NCBI GenBank assembly: GCA_963814125.1
Contig: CAWFBR010000007.1
Location: 18,506-82,505, forward strand
Source: an uncultured Chloroflexia bacterium
GTDB taxonomy: Bacteria; Chloroflexota; Limnocylindria; Limnocylindrales; CSP1-4
Length of the DNA stretch: 64,000 bases
Direction: 5' to 3'
Positions 19,014 through 29,690 of the stretch are shown here, piece by piece. The notes under the pieces are model-generated. The model was not told where the DNA came from, made no database searches, and saw nothing but the letters and a program-made list of their open reading frames with translations. Numbering within the stretch: position 1 is the first letter of the stretch; each line of letters opens with the position of its first letter. The translations under genes were made by a program, and so were the position numbers.

Positions 19014-21038
19014 TCACCTTGGCCGCTTCGGGAGCCAAACCCTCATGCCGAGCCCTCGGCGGTTCCCCCACGCGAAATACGGCAGGGCGCGGATTCGATC
19101 CGGATGCCGCCGGGGCGCGCCCGACGGCTCGAACTCCCCGTACGGCCAAGAATTTCCGGCCTCCGATCGGATGAGACCGTCGAACGAGAGCCAGACCATC
19201 TCGCCCAGGTCTTGTGCCTGCCTGGTTTCGATTTCGACGTTGGGGGCGTCCTCGATCTCCAGGGACTCGACCGAGGCTCCCGAGGGTAGATCGGCATCCT
19301 CGACCGCGTAGACCAGCGGCCCTCGCTCCAGAGCCACGCAACCCCGCACGGCGTCGATCCTTGGATCGGGCGCAGTTGTCCGGGGAGTCATGTCGAGCTC
19401 GAGGCGGACCAGAGCTCCCGGCTCCCAGACGCGCGTGATCTCGATCCGATCAGCTTCTCCGCTCATCACGGTTTGACCGGCGACGCTCGCCACCGCTTTC
19501 GAGCACCACGATGGCACCCGCATCGAAAGTGTCCATGGTCGATCGATGGAACTCGTCACCGTGACCTCGAAGGTGCCTTCCCAGGGATACTCCGTCCGGG
19601 CTTCAATCGCGATCCGGCCGCCGCCTGTCTCCCCTGCGAAGGTGCCTGGCAAGTACTGGTGGATCTGCATCCCAGCCTCGTCAACGGTCACGGCGAGGTC
19701 TGGCAGACTCGCCAGGAAGCGCATCAGGTTCGGGGGGCAGCAGGCGATCCTCGGCCACGAGATCCGCCTGGTGGTCGCGATGCCCTCGAGGACTTCCGGG
19801 ACCGCCGAGTGCTGCATCAGCGGGTTCGAGTAGAAGAAGTGAGCGCCGTCGGGCGCCAGTGCAGGCAGAACCGCGTTGTACGTCTGCCGCTCGATCATGT
19901 CGGCAAAACGCTCCTCGCCCGTGACCAAGAGCAACCGCCACGCCAGCATGGCGCCCCCGATCGCGGCACAGGTCTCCGTATACGCTCGATCGGGCGGAAG
20001 CTCGAAGGCGGCGCCGAACGCCTCATCCTGGTGGTGAACGCCGAGACCGCCGGTCAGGTAGGTGAAGGAGGAAACCATGGCATCCCAGCGGTGGAGCACG
20101 GAATCCAGCAGCTCGCGGTCCCCGGTCTCAACGGCCACGTCCACAACGCCGCAATCGAGGTACATCTGTCGCACGGCGTGACCGGCCGGCTCGAGCGCGC
20201 TCCGGACCGGCTCGTGGTCCTGCCAGAACCTGGCGCCGTAGCGGCAGGTACCCAGGAGACCGTGCCCGCGCCGATCGACGAGCGTCCGCGCGAAATCCAG
20301 GTAGCGTCGTTCGCCCGTCGTCCTGTATAGCTCGACCAGGGCCATCTCGAACTCGGGGTGGCCGCAGATCAGCTCTCGGCGTCCGGGGCCCATCTCAGCT
20401 TCTATGCGCGCGACGAAGCGTTCCGCGATCCGGATGAGGCGTTCGTCGCCGAGGCTTCGTTTCCAGGCTACGGCCGCCTGGACGAGATGGCCTGCCACAT
20501 AGAGTTCGTGGCCCCACTCCATGTCCTGGAATTCGCCACCCGGTTGGGCGACCTGGTAGAAGGTGTCGAGGTAGCCGTCGGGTCGCTGGGCGCGCGCGGC
20601 GCGCTCGATCATTGGCTCTGCCAGTGCGCGCAGCTCGGGACGTTCGCCCTGGGCGAGCTCCCACCCGACGGCCTCGAGCCACTTGTAAACGTCCGAGTCC
20701 AGGAACGGAGCCGGGTTACCACCGTCCCCCTCAGCGCCTCGGTAAGGGCCCTCGGCGCCGGCAGCAAGCTCGAAGTTGGTCCCGTTGCCGCAGGCCTCAA
20801 GCCTGGACGACCCGTGCGGGATCGTCCGCTCGCGGTTCGTCCGAAGCCTTTCGTACCAGAAGCCGGCGTCGACACGGGCGTTGGTCAGGCCGACGGGACG
20901 CAGCCGCAGTCGCGCAACTCCTGTCGGCAACACTGGAGCGACCGTGAGCCTGCGACCCGGACCCTCGGGCGAGCGGTCATCTTGGAGCGTGTATGCCTCT
21001 CCGGTCGTCGGCGTCCTTGTCGTCTTCGATCCGGTCAT
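19014..21038 (-). CDS. Glycoside hydrolase family 127 (beta-L-arabinofuranosidase HypBA1-like)
   Basis: DSDVYKWLEA, HELY.AGH, GHPE.EMALVELYR, GHAVR, YTETCA, ACCPPN motifs; GAGGAGGAGG RBS. Confidence 0.93.
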   Translation of the reverse strand: MTGSKTTRTPTTGEAYTLQDDRSPEGPGRRLTVAPVLPTGVARLRLRPVGLTNARVDAGFWYERLRTNRERTIPHGSSRLEACGNGTNFELAAGAEGPYRGAEGDGGNPAPFLDSDVYKWLEAVGWELAQGERPELRALAEPMIERAARAQRPDGYLDTFYQVAQPGGEFQDMEWGHELYVAGHLVQAAVAWKRSLGDERLIRIAERFVARIEAEMGPGRRELICGHPEFEMALVELYRTTGERRYLDFARTLVDRRGHGLLGTCRYGARFWQDHEPVRSALEPAGHAVRQMYLDCGVVDVAVETGDRELLDSVLHRWDAMVSSFTYLTGGLGVHHQDEAFGAAFELPPDRAYTETCAAIGGAMLAWRLLLVTGEERFADMIERQTYNAVLPALAPDGAHFFYSNPLMQHSAVPEVLEGIATTRRISWPRIACCPPNLMRFLASLPDLAVTVDEAGMQIHQYLPGTFAGETGGGRIAIEARTEYPWEGTFEVTVTSSIDRPWTLSMRVPSWCSKAVASVAGQTVMSGEADRIEITRVWEPGALVRLELDMTPRTTAPDPRIDAVRGCVALERGPLVYAVEDADLPSGASVESLEIEDAPNVEIETRQAQDLGEMVWLSFDGLIRSEAGNSWPYGEFEPSGAPRRHPDRIRALPYFAWGNRRGLGMRVWLPKRPR

Positions 21039-21308
21039 GACTGCAATCGCCTCCTCCTCATCACCGCATCGACGAGCGGCCTTCGGACGGCACGCAACTC
21101 CGGAGCGGCCAGGACCTGTCCGAATCGGCGCGAGTCCGCGACCTGCCCGATGGTTGCGGCCGCATTCTATCCAGGATTCCCTGCTCGGCAGCGGTTCTGT
21201 CGGTCGGCGCCGGCTTCGTGGGAGACAGGACACCGCCGGCGACGATGAGCTCCGTCCGGGCGGGGCCAGTTGCTGCGACGGGCGTGCCATGCACGGCAGG
21301 CGGTCTGC

Positions 21309-21325
21309 CTGTGGTAACGGTACCA
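21309..21325. promoter_or_regulatory. LacI-type operator upstream of GH127
   Basis: CTGTGGTAACGGTACCA, exact copy of 16417-16433. Confidence 0.8.
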
Positions 21326-21510
21326 GTGAGTTCGGGGAAATGCCAGAGCGCGCCGCCTCGATGCGACGTGCTGGTCGAGAAGCGACGGCGCCGGACCTCC
21401 GGGAGGGAGGGCCGGCGACCTCCAGGCCACGCCGGAATCTGGTCCGATCGAGATCCGGAGGACCGGCAACGGCACATGTCCCCCAGGCGCGCTTTACTCG
21501 CCCTCGCGGC

Positions 21511-21577
21511 TGCTAACGGTAACAGAGGTAACGATATCATTTTTCCCTTGACAACGCGCGGATCGGGTCCCTACTCT
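21511..21577 (+). promoter_or_regulatory. Tandem operator variants plus sigma-70 promoter for the ABC importer operon
   Basis: TGCTAACGGTAACA (21511), AGGTAACGATATCA (21526), TTGACA (21548), TACTCT (21572); another variant TGGTTACGGTAACG at 21716. Confidence 0.7.
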
Positions 21578-21868
21578 GCAGGCGAAACGCCAGAAACGTT
21601 TCGCAAGCCCGGGTGATGCCTGGGCCGAACATGGCAGTCAACCTTGGTCGTGGCCCCCGCCACCGTGGGCGGGTGGCTGCGGGAACGGCCACTTTCGGGC
21701 TTCAGTCTTTGCCTGTGGTTACGGTAACGCGTCTTCCACCGCACGAGGAAGGGAGGCGCCCGCGCACGTTGATCGATCTGCCGACACCAGTTGGTGATCA
21801 CGAAGGAGCGCCTGGTTGACGAAGGCACGATCGACCTACCCACTGGGGAGTTGGAGGACACCTAGGAA

Positions 21869-23270
21869 ATGAAGAGAGCCCTACTTATCCTTGCGGCGGT
21901 GGTCCTGGGCGGATGTTCCAGCACCACCGCGTCAGCCGCGCCGACAGCCACGCCGGTGCCGGCCGCGACACCTGCATCAAATTCGACCTCCGCCGCTGTG
22001 GAGTCCGCTGCGGCGGCCGCCGCCAGCGCCGGCATCGAATCCGCCGAGGTCACCAACACGACCGATGCCATCACTGTCTGGATCGACCAGCCTCGCCAGC
22101 CCGTGGTTGACGGCTTCAAGGCCAAGTACCCGCAGTACGCGAGCCTGATCAACGATTCCGTTGTCGACCGCGAGACGCTGCCGGCCAAGACCCTGCTCTT
22201 CAACAACACCGGCTCCGGCTGGCCTGATGTCGTCTTCGCCGAGCCGCGACTCGTCGCCCGCGTCTCGGATGCGGCGCACGCCTTCCCGCTCGACTTGTCC
22301 ACCCTCGTTCCGGCCGACATGCTCAAGCAATACGCCGGCGCGGACAACTGCACTTTCAACGGCAAGGTCTATTGCCTCCGCAACGACCTCGCCCAGATGG
22401 TGACGTACTACAACGCACCGCTTTTCACGCAGTTCGGCTACACGGTTCCCACGACGTTCGAGGAGATGGAGGCCCTCAGCGACAAGGTCGCCAAGGACCA
22501 TCCCGGCTACTACCTCGGCACACTGGGTGACGGCTGGACCTGGCTCTCGTACATGGAGGCCAGCGGCTGCCCGTACGCCAACGTCAAGGACGTCGGAACC
22601 CTCCAGATCAACGTCAGCGATCCCGAATTGCATCCGAGGCGCGGAGCTGATGGATCACATGGTCGCTAACAAGACCCTCTGGAATACCGACTACTTCACC
22701 GCCAGCTGGGTTACGATCGCCAACAACAACAAGCTCCTGATGCTCATTGCGCCCATTTGGGCCGCACTCGGCACCTTCAAGGGCACCTACTACACCGACA
22801 AGACGACCCCCAGTCAGACCGACCACCCGCTCGGCGTCGCGCCTCCGCTCAAGTGGGCTGCGGATGCCACCGCTCAGACCGCGGCCATGGGCGGCGCGGC
22901 CTGGACCATCTCTCAGCACACCAAGAACCCGGGACTCTCGCTGCTCTTCGCCGAGTATGCGACCCAGGACCCGGACCTCTGGAAGGGCTCCTCTAACTTC
23001 CCATCCTTCACGCCGCTCCAGCCGTTGTTCAACGCGACGGTCCAGGACGACCCGATCTTCGCGAGCGACCCGACGGCCGCCTTCGCGACGGGCGCGACGG
23101 AGATCTCCGCCATCGGCGACAACTGGCCGCGCTTCGACCTGATCGCACCGCTCAACACCGTCGTCAAGGACATGTACAGCAAGAAGCAGACGATGGTGGC
23201 GACGTTGCCTGAGGTCACCTCGGTGCTCACGCCACTAGCGGAGGCTCAGGGTTACAACGTAACCCAGTAG
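21869..23270 (+). pseudogene. Sugar ABC transporter substrate-binding lipoprotein, split by a single extra base (pseudogene or sequencing error)
   Basis: LGGC lipobox; ORFs 21869-22669 and 22527-23270 join as ...NVSDP/NCIRGAEL... if one C of CCC at 22622-22624 is removed. Confidence 0.8.
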
Positions 23271-23320
23271 GACTGGCTCCTCAGGTAACTACGGGTTTCA
23301 TCGACCCAAGCGTGTAATTT

Positions 23321-23353
23321 CGAGGAAGGCGGCCCACATGGTCGCCTTCCTCG
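23321..23353 (+). terminator. Intercistronic stem-loop after the SBP gene (partial terminator or mRNA stabiliser)
   Basis: CGAGGAAGGCGGCC-cacat-GGTCGCCTTCCTCG. Confidence 0.65.
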
Positions 23354-23377
23354 TCTCCGTCAGCAGAGGATCTTCCA

Positions 23378-24334
23378 TTGGCTACGCCCATTGCTCCTGC
23401 CGCGTTGCCGTTGACTCGAGGCTCCCGGCTCTCGCGCCTGTGGACCGGTTGGCGGCGGCATCGGATCTCCTACCTGCTCGTCCTGCCCTATGCGATCTTC
23501 ATGGCGATCTTCGGCATCGGGCCGGCTCTCTACGCCCTCTTGATGAGCTTCTCGAAGTTCAGCTTTGGCACGCCGGACTACTTTGCCGCCGGGCTTGACA
23601 ACTACAAACTCGCTTACGGCGACGCCCGGTTCTTCCAGGTGTTCGGAAACCTCCTCGAGTTCCTGATCGTCTCCGTACCACTGGGTATCGCGTTCGTGGT
23701 CCTGCTGGCACTTCTGCTGGACATGCGACCCGGACGGTTCTCGTCCACGTTGCGTTTGCTCTACTTCATTCCTGGAGCAGTCACCGGGCCGGCGCTGGTC
23801 CTCCTGGTGATCTGCATCGCCGACCCGGGCATCAGCCCATTCGGTCCGATCTTCCAGTCCCTCGGCGCAACGAACTTCGACGCCCTGGTCTTTCCGGGAA
23901 GCCTGCCATTCGTCTTCACGATCATGGGCTTCTTCGCCGGCGCCGGAATGTGGATCGCGATCCAGCACGGCGGGCTCCAGGGCATCTCCCCTGAAGTCCT
24001 CGAGGCGGCCGAACTCGACGGCTGCAATGCCTGGCAGAAGGCGCTCTATATCAAGCTACCGTTCATGCGTCCGTACATCGTCTACCAGACGATCCTGATC
24101 TTCGCCCTGAACGTGCAGCTCTTCGTCGAGCCGCAGCTGCTGACTTCCACCTGGGTTCAGGCCAACGTGCCGCCCCAGTGGGCCCCGAATCAGCTCGCCT
24201 ACTCGTACGCGTTTGACGTCGGAAACTTCGGCGCCGCAGCGGCGCTCTCGCTCCTGATGCTCGGCATCGGCCTTGCGGGCGCATATGTGCTGATCCGATG
24301 GACCGGCTTCTTCAAGCTCGAGGGACAGTCATGA
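23378..24334 (+). CDS. Carbohydrate ABC transporter permease
   Basis: EAAELDGC EAA motif; about 6 TM; FGAAAALS. Confidence 0.92.
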   Translation: MATPIAPAALPLTRGSRLSRLWTGWRRHRISYLLVLPYAIFMAIFGIGPALYALLMSFSKFSFGTPDYFAAGLDNYKLAYGDARFFQVFGNLLEFLIVSVPLGIAFVVLLALLLDMRPGRFSSTLRLLYFIPGAVTGPALVLLVICIADPGISPFGPIFQSLGATNFDALVFPGSLPFVFTIMGFFAGAGMWIAIQHGGLQGISPEVLEAAELDGCNAWQKALYIKLPFMRPYIVYQTILIFALNVQLFVEPQLLTSTWVQANVPPQWAPNQLAYSYAFDVGNFGAAAALSLLMLGIGLAGAYVLIRWTGFFKLEGQS

Positions 24335-25275
24335 CCGGTCAGACGGCGACTAACGCAAAGGCCCGGGCCAGATTCTCGCCTGGACGATACTTTGGAGAGC
24401 TGGGGTTCGTCGGCTATGTGATCCGCCTGGCAATCCTGCTGGTCTTCGCCATCTACTTCGTGGTTCCGCTGGTGTGGCTGCTGTTCGCGACCACGAGAGA
24501 CCCAGCCAGCCTGTACGGCAACTGGTTCCCGCTCACATTCGGTTCGATCGATCGACTCGTGACGTCCTGGAACAACATCATTGGCTACCAGAACGGCGAG
24601 ATGCTCCTCTGGATGGGCAACTCCATCCGCTATGCCGGGCTATCGCTACTCGGCAGCCTCGCAATCTGCATCCCGGCCGGCTACGTCCTGGCAATCGGCC
24701 GCTTCCCGGGCCGCAGGCTGCTCCTCTGGCTGACCCTGATCACGATGCTGCTGCCCGTGTCGGCGATGGTGCTGCCGCTGTTCCTCGAGCTGAACCTGGC
24801 ACACCTCATCAACACGCAGTGGGCAGTCATTCTGCCGGCGATGTTCTTTCCCTTTGGCGTCTATCTGAGTTACGTGTACTACGGCTCCAGCCTCCCCGGA
24901 GAACTCGTCGACGCCGCCCGCGTCGACGGCGCCTCGGAACTGAGGGTCTTCTGGAACCTCGCGCTCCCGCTGGCCAGGCCGCTCCTCGGACTTCTGGCCT
25001 TCATCAGCTTCAACGCCAACTGGAACAACTTCTTCGGTCCCTACGTCATGCTGAACGACGACAAGCTGTACAACATGCCGGTTGGCTTGAACTCGGTCGT
25101 GGCCGCGACGTCGGCGCTCCGTCCAGGCTTCAATCCCACGCCCGGAGCAGTCTCCTTCGTACAAGCCGACGCTGCGATGGCCGCCATGTTCATGATCGTC
25201 CCGGTCGTCATCGTCTTCATGTTCTCGATGAAGTACGTGACGAGCGGTGCGTTCACCGGTGGCGTCAAGGGGTGA
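24331..25275 (+). CDS. Carbohydrate ABC transporter permease
   Basis: ELVDAARVDGASE motif; WNNFFGP; GGVKG end; ATGA overlap. Confidence 0.92.
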   Translation: MTGQTATNAKARARFSPGRYFGELGFVGYVIRLAILLVFAIYFVVPLVWLLFATTRDPASLYGNWFPLTFGSIDRLVTSWNNIIGYQNGEMLLWMGNSIRYAGLSLLGSLAICIPAGYVLAIGRFPGRRLLLWLTLITMLLPVSAMVLPLFLELNLAHLINTQWAVILPAMFFPFGVYLSYVYYGSSLPGELVDAARVDGASELRVFWNLALPLARPLLGLLAFISFNANWNNFFGPYVMLNDDKLYNMPVGLNSVVAATSALRPGFNPTPGAVSFVQADAAMAAMFMIVPVVIVFMFSMKYVTSGAFTGGVKG

Positions 25276-25434
25276 CGGGTTTCTTCTGAGCTGAGTCGGG
25301 CAGGGCCGGTCACAGTGCAGTGTGGCCGGCCGGCCCGGCCGTTGGTCGTGATGTAGCCTCAGGGCCACGCTTGTCCCGTACACGACCCGACGCAGCTTCC
25401 TCCCGACGGTAGCCGACTTCCCGGAGCCTTATCG

Positions 25435-27810
25435 ATGCACTTGCCGAAGACACCAATCAACTACTTTCGCGGCGACCCCTGGGCCATCGTCGAGGAGGGT
25501 TTTGACCCCGCCTACCAGCGCATCTCCGAGTCGGTGTTCTCGGTCGCCAACGAGTTCATGGGCGTGCGCGGCTACTTTGAGGAGGGCTACAGCGGCGACC
25601 ATCTGCTCGGCAGCTACTTCAATCACCTGTACGAACTCATGGACATTCGCCACGACCAGTTGTTCAAGGGGTTCGTGACCAAGGGCGCGGCCATGGTCAA
25701 CGCCGTGGACTGGCTGTACACGCGCATCTGGGTAGACGGCGAGCAGCTCGACCTGGCGAAATCGGCTTTCTCCGGCTTTACGCGACGACTTGACATGCGC
25801 ACTGGCGTGCTCACGCGCGACTTCGTGTGGGCGACGGCCACCGGAAAGCATCTCCGGGTGACCTTGGCTCGGTTCACAGACATGCAGTCCACTCGCGTGG
25901 GCTGTCAACGCATTCTCCTCGAGCCCCTGGATTTCTCGGGAACAGTCGAGATCAGAGCCGGACTGGACTTCAACACGCACTACGAGATAGGTGCCGGCTG
26001 GGACCAGACCGGCGAAGAGAAGCGGCCCGGCCGGGATGAGATCATCAACTTCTGGCAGTGCCATCGGAAGAGCGCGGTGGAGGGCGGTTGGGCGATCGAG
26101 GCCGAAACGCTGCGAAGCGGTCACCAGCTGTTCTCAGGGTTTCGACTGCAGGCCGACCAGGCCATCGAAACCTCCCCTGTCGAGGACGTCAAGTTCATCG
26201 GCGTCGACTTCAAACTGAACGTCAAGCAGGGTCTGCAGACGAGGGTCGACAGGATTGCCGTCAACGATTGGGCCAAGACGCCGGACGTCGACGCGGTGTG
26301 GGGAAGAGGGCTCGAGCTGATGCGGCGTTTCGCCGGGGCGACCTACCGTAGCCTCCTGGCGGAGCATGTTGCCTTCTGGCAGCGAACCTGGAACGTGCTC
26401 GACGCAGACATCGAGGGCGACCCCGACGTGCTCCAGGGCCTGCGTTTCTCGAGTTTCCAGACGTACCAGTCGTACCACGGCGAGGACGCCGACCTCAACG
26501 CCCTGTGCAAGGGCATGACCGGCGAGGTCTACTTTGGGTGGGCGTTCTGGGACAGCGAAATCTACTCGCACCGCTTGATGATGTTTGTCAATCCGGAGGT
26601 CGCCAGGAATCTGCTCCTGTACCGTTACCATCGCCTACCTCAGGCGATGGAAAGGGCCCGGCAGCTCGATTGCGAAGGCGCCCGATTTCCGTTTGCCACG
26701 ATCACGGGGACCGAAGACTCCGGCACCTGGCAGCATGTAGACATCGAGATCCATTCCGATCTGGCGGTTGCCTACGCGATCTGGCATCACGACGTCATCC
26801 TGCAAGACAAGGAGTTCCTGTACCGGGAAGGCATCGAGATGCTGCTCCAGATATGCCGCTTCCTGGCGAGCTGGGGCGGATGGAGCCCATCGAAGGGCGA
26901 CTTCGGGTTCTACGGCGTCATGGGTCCCGACGAGTTCCACATGATGGTGAACCACAACTGCTACACGAACGTCCTCGGCAAGAAGGCTTTCGAGTTCACT
27001 CTCGCTGTCCTCGACGAGATGAAGGCCGCGGCGCCTGAACTCTATCGGGCGGCAGTGGCCCGGACGGAGCTTGCGCCGGAGGAGCCCAAGCGCTGGGCTG
27101 AGATGGCTCGGAAGATGCGCATCCCGAAGGACGAGCAGACGGGCGTTCTCGAGCAGCACGCAGGCTACTTCGATCTTCCCCACGTCGATCTCGAGCACTT
27201 CCCGCCGGACCAGATCCCGGTCTACAAGAACTGGGCCTACGTCAAGATCTTCCGCTACGACATGGTCAAACAGCCGGATGTGCTGAATCTCATGTACTTC
27301 TTCAGCCAGGATTACACGCTGGCGGAGAAGCAGGCCAACTACGATTTCTACGAGGCTCGGACGATACACGAGTCGTCCCTGTCGCCCTCACTGCACGCGA
27401 TTCTCGCGGTTGAGTTGGGGAAGCTCGACGACGCCTACACGTTCTTCGCCTACGGCGCTCGAATGGACCTGGACAACTACAACAGGAACACGGAGCAGGG
27501 ACTTCACGTCACATCTGCCGCCGGCGTGTGGGCCAGCATGATCTTCGGCTTCGGCGGAATGCGTACGGACGGCGACGTCCTCGCCCTGGCGCCCGCAATG
27601 CCGACCCAATGGCGGTCATACCGATTCCGGGTGCGCTATCGCGGCGCCCTGCTCGAAGTGCGTGTCAACGCCGACGAGGTTCACGTTCAGGCGATGGACG
27701 GCGGGCCGATCACGGTGAGATTGTATGGAAGTGATTGCGCGGTGGATTCTCTGGGAGTCGCCGTCGCGCTCAGGCAGCCCGGCGAGCAGCCGTTCCACAA
27801 AGTCGGATGA
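25435..27810 (+). CDS. Glycoside hydrolase family 65 (alpha-glucoside phosphorylase/hydrolase)
   Basis: ESVFSVANEFMGVRG, KGMTGEVYFGWAFWDSE, VMGPDEFH, KQPDV, HESSLS motifs. Confidence 0.93.
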   Translation: MHLPKTPINYFRGDPWAIVEEGFDPAYQRISESVFSVANEFMGVRGYFEEGYSGDHLLGSYFNHLYELMDIRHDQLFKGFVTKGAAMVNAVDWLYTRIWVDGEQLDLAKSAFSGFTRRLDMRTGVLTRDFVWATATGKHLRVTLARFTDMQSTRVGCQRILLEPLDFSGTVEIRAGLDFNTHYEIGAGWDQTGEEKRPGRDEIINFWQCHRKSAVEGGWAIEAETLRSGHQLFSGFRLQADQAIETSPVEDVKFIGVDFKLNVKQGLQTRVDRIAVNDWAKTPDVDAVWGRGLELMRRFAGATYRSLLAEHVAFWQRTWNVLDADIEGDPDVLQGLRFSSFQTYQSYHGEDADLNALCKGMTGEVYFGWAFWDSEIYSHRLMMFVNPEVARNLLLYRYHRLPQAMERARQLDCEGARFPFATITGTEDSGTWQHVDIEIHSDLAVAYAIWHHDVILQDKEFLYREGIEMLLQICRFLASWGGWSPSKGDFGFYGVMGPDEFHMMVNHNCYTNVLGKKAFEFTLAVLDEMKAAAPELYRAAVARTELAPEEPKRWAEMARKMRIPKDEQTGVLEQHAGYFDLPHVDLEHFPPDQIPVYKNWAYVKIFRYDMVKQPDVLNLMYFFSQDYTLAEKQANYDFYEARTIHESSLSPSLHAILAVELGKLDDAYTFFAYGARMDLDNYNRNTEQGLHVTSAAGVWASMIFGFGGMRTDGDVLALAPAMPTQWRSYRFRVRYRGALLEVRVNADEVHVQAMDGGPITVRLYGSDCAVDSLGVAVALRQPGEQPFHKVG

Positions 27811-27887
27811 CCGGTCCTCTAGGTCGGGACTTGGCGGGCTGAGGATCGCCGGCTCCCAGGGTGTTCGGGACAAGGAGGAATGCCCAT

Positions 27888-29690
27888 ATGGCAGCCGTGA
27901 CGTCAGTGACGGGCGAGAGCAACGGAAGCCTCCCCCGGATCGGCATCAGGCCCGCGATCGACGGCCGCCGTAATGGGGTCCGCGAATCGCTCGAGGATCA
28001 GACCATGGGGCTGGCCCGAGGCGTGGCCGCGTTCCTCTCCGACAACCTCCGCCATTCCACGGGCGAGCCCGTGGAATGCGTTCTCGCCGACACGTGCATC
28101 GGCGGCGTCGCGGAAGCTGGCCGGGCAGCCGAGAAGTTCACACGGGCAGGCGTGGGTCTGACGATCACCGTCACCCCGTGCTGGTGCTACGGCTCGGAAA
28201 CGATGGACATGGACCCGTTGACACCAAAGGCCGTGTGGGGCTTCAACGGGACCGAACGGCCGGGCGCCGTGTACTTGGCCGCGGTACTCGCGGCCCATGC
28301 GCAGAAGGGCCTCCCTGCCTTCGGCATCTATGGGCGCGATGTCCAGGATGCGTCCGACGGGACGATCCCCGCCGATGTTCAAGCAAAGCTCCTCAGATTC
28401 GCCCGCGCCGGCCTCGCCGTGGCCCGCATGCGCGGCCGCTCGTACCTGTCGATCGGCGGAACATCGATGGGCATCGCCGGTTCGATCGTCGATCCCGCGT
28501 TCTTCGAAAGCTACCTGGGAATGCGCGTCGAGGCCGTCGACATGTCCGAAATCGGTCGGCGGATCGACGAGGGCATCTTCGACCCTGCAGAGTACGGACG
28601 GGCGCTGGCATGGACCCGCTCCAACTGCCCGGAGAGCGAGGATGCCAACCCGGCTTCTCGCCGGCGCAGCCGCGCGCAGAAGGATCGCGACTGGGAAACG
28701 GTCGTGAAGATGGCGATGATCGGCCGCGACCTGATGGTGGGCAATCCGGCCCTCGCCGACCTTGGGTTCGCGGAGGAAGCGCTCGGACGCAACGCGATCC
28801 TCGCCGGATTCCAGGGTCAACGGCAGTGGACCGATCATTCTCCGAACGGCGACTTCATGGAGGCGATCCTCAACTCGTCGTTCGACTGGAACGGGATCCG
28901 CGAGCCCTACCTGATGGCCACCGAGAACGACAGCCTCAACGGCGTGGCAATGCTCTTTGGGCATCTCCTCACCAACACGGCCCAGATCTTCGCCGACGTT
29001 CGAACGTACTGGAGCCCACAGGCGGTTCTGCGGACTACCGGCGTCAAGCTCACCGGGCTCGCCGAGAACGGCTTCATTCATCTCATCAACTCCGGGGCCG
29101 CCACGCTCGACGCCACCGGCCGCGAGCGCCAGGATGGACGACCCGTCATGAAGCCGTTCTGGGAGATCACCGAAGCCGAAGCCGCCGACTGTCTGCGCGC
29201 CGTTCGTTGGAGCCCGGCCGTCACCGAGTACTTCCGCGGCGGTGGCTACTCGTCCACGTTCGCGACTCCCGGCGGGATGCCGATGACCATGAGCCGGGTG
29301 AATCTCGTCCGTGGCCTGGGGCCGGTGCTCCAGATAGCCGAGGGCTGGACGGTGGACCTGCCGCGCGAGGTCCATGAGGCGATCGACAAGCGTACCGATC
29401 GCACCTGGCCGACCCACTGGTTCGTGCCGAGGACGAGCGGCAGCGGGGCGTTCCGCGACGTCTACGAGGTCATGTCGAACTGGGGCGCCAACCACGGCGC
29501 TATCGGCTTCGGGCATTTCGGCGCCGACCTGGTCTCGCTCGCCTCGATCCTGCGGATCCCCGTCGCGCTGCACAACGTCCCCGAGGAGCAGCTCTACCGG
29601 CCGAGCGCCTGGGGTGCGTTCGGGGCCATGGAGCCTCAGGGTGCGGACTATCGCGCCTGTGCCAACTTCGGCCCGCTCTATGGCCGGTAG
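27888..29690 (+). CDS. fucI: L-fucose isomerase (FucI family)
   Basis: [55 protein letters not shown]; AGGAGG RBS. Confidence 0.96.
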   Translation: MAAVTSVTGESNGSLPRIGIRPAIDGRRNGVRESLEDQTMGLARGVAAFLSDNLRHSTGEPVECVLADTCIGGVAEAGRAAEKFTRAGVGLTITVTPCWCYGSETMDMDPLTPKAVWGFNGTERPGAVYLAAVLAAHAQKGLPAFGIYGRDVQDASDGTIPADVQAKLLRFARAGLAVARMRGRSYLSIGGTSMGIAGSIVDPAFFESYLGMRVEAVDMSEIGRRIDEGIFDPAEYGRALAWTRSNCPESEDANPASRRRSRAQKDRDWETVVKMAMIGRDLMVGNPALADLGFAEEALGRNAILAGFQGQRQWTDHSPNGDFMEAILNSSFDWNGIREPYLMATENDSLNGVAMLFGHLLTNTAQIFADVRTYWSPQAVLRTTGVKLTGLAENGFIHLINSGAATLDATGRERQDGRPVMKPFWEITEAEAADCLRAVRWSPAVTEYFRGGGYSSTFATPGGMPMTMSRVNLVRGLGPVLQIAEGWTVDLPREVHEAIDKRTDRTWPTHWFVPRTSGSGAFRDVYEVMSNWGANHGAIGFGHFGADLVSLASILRIPVALHNVPEEQLYRPSAWGAFGAMEPQGADYRACANFGPLYGR

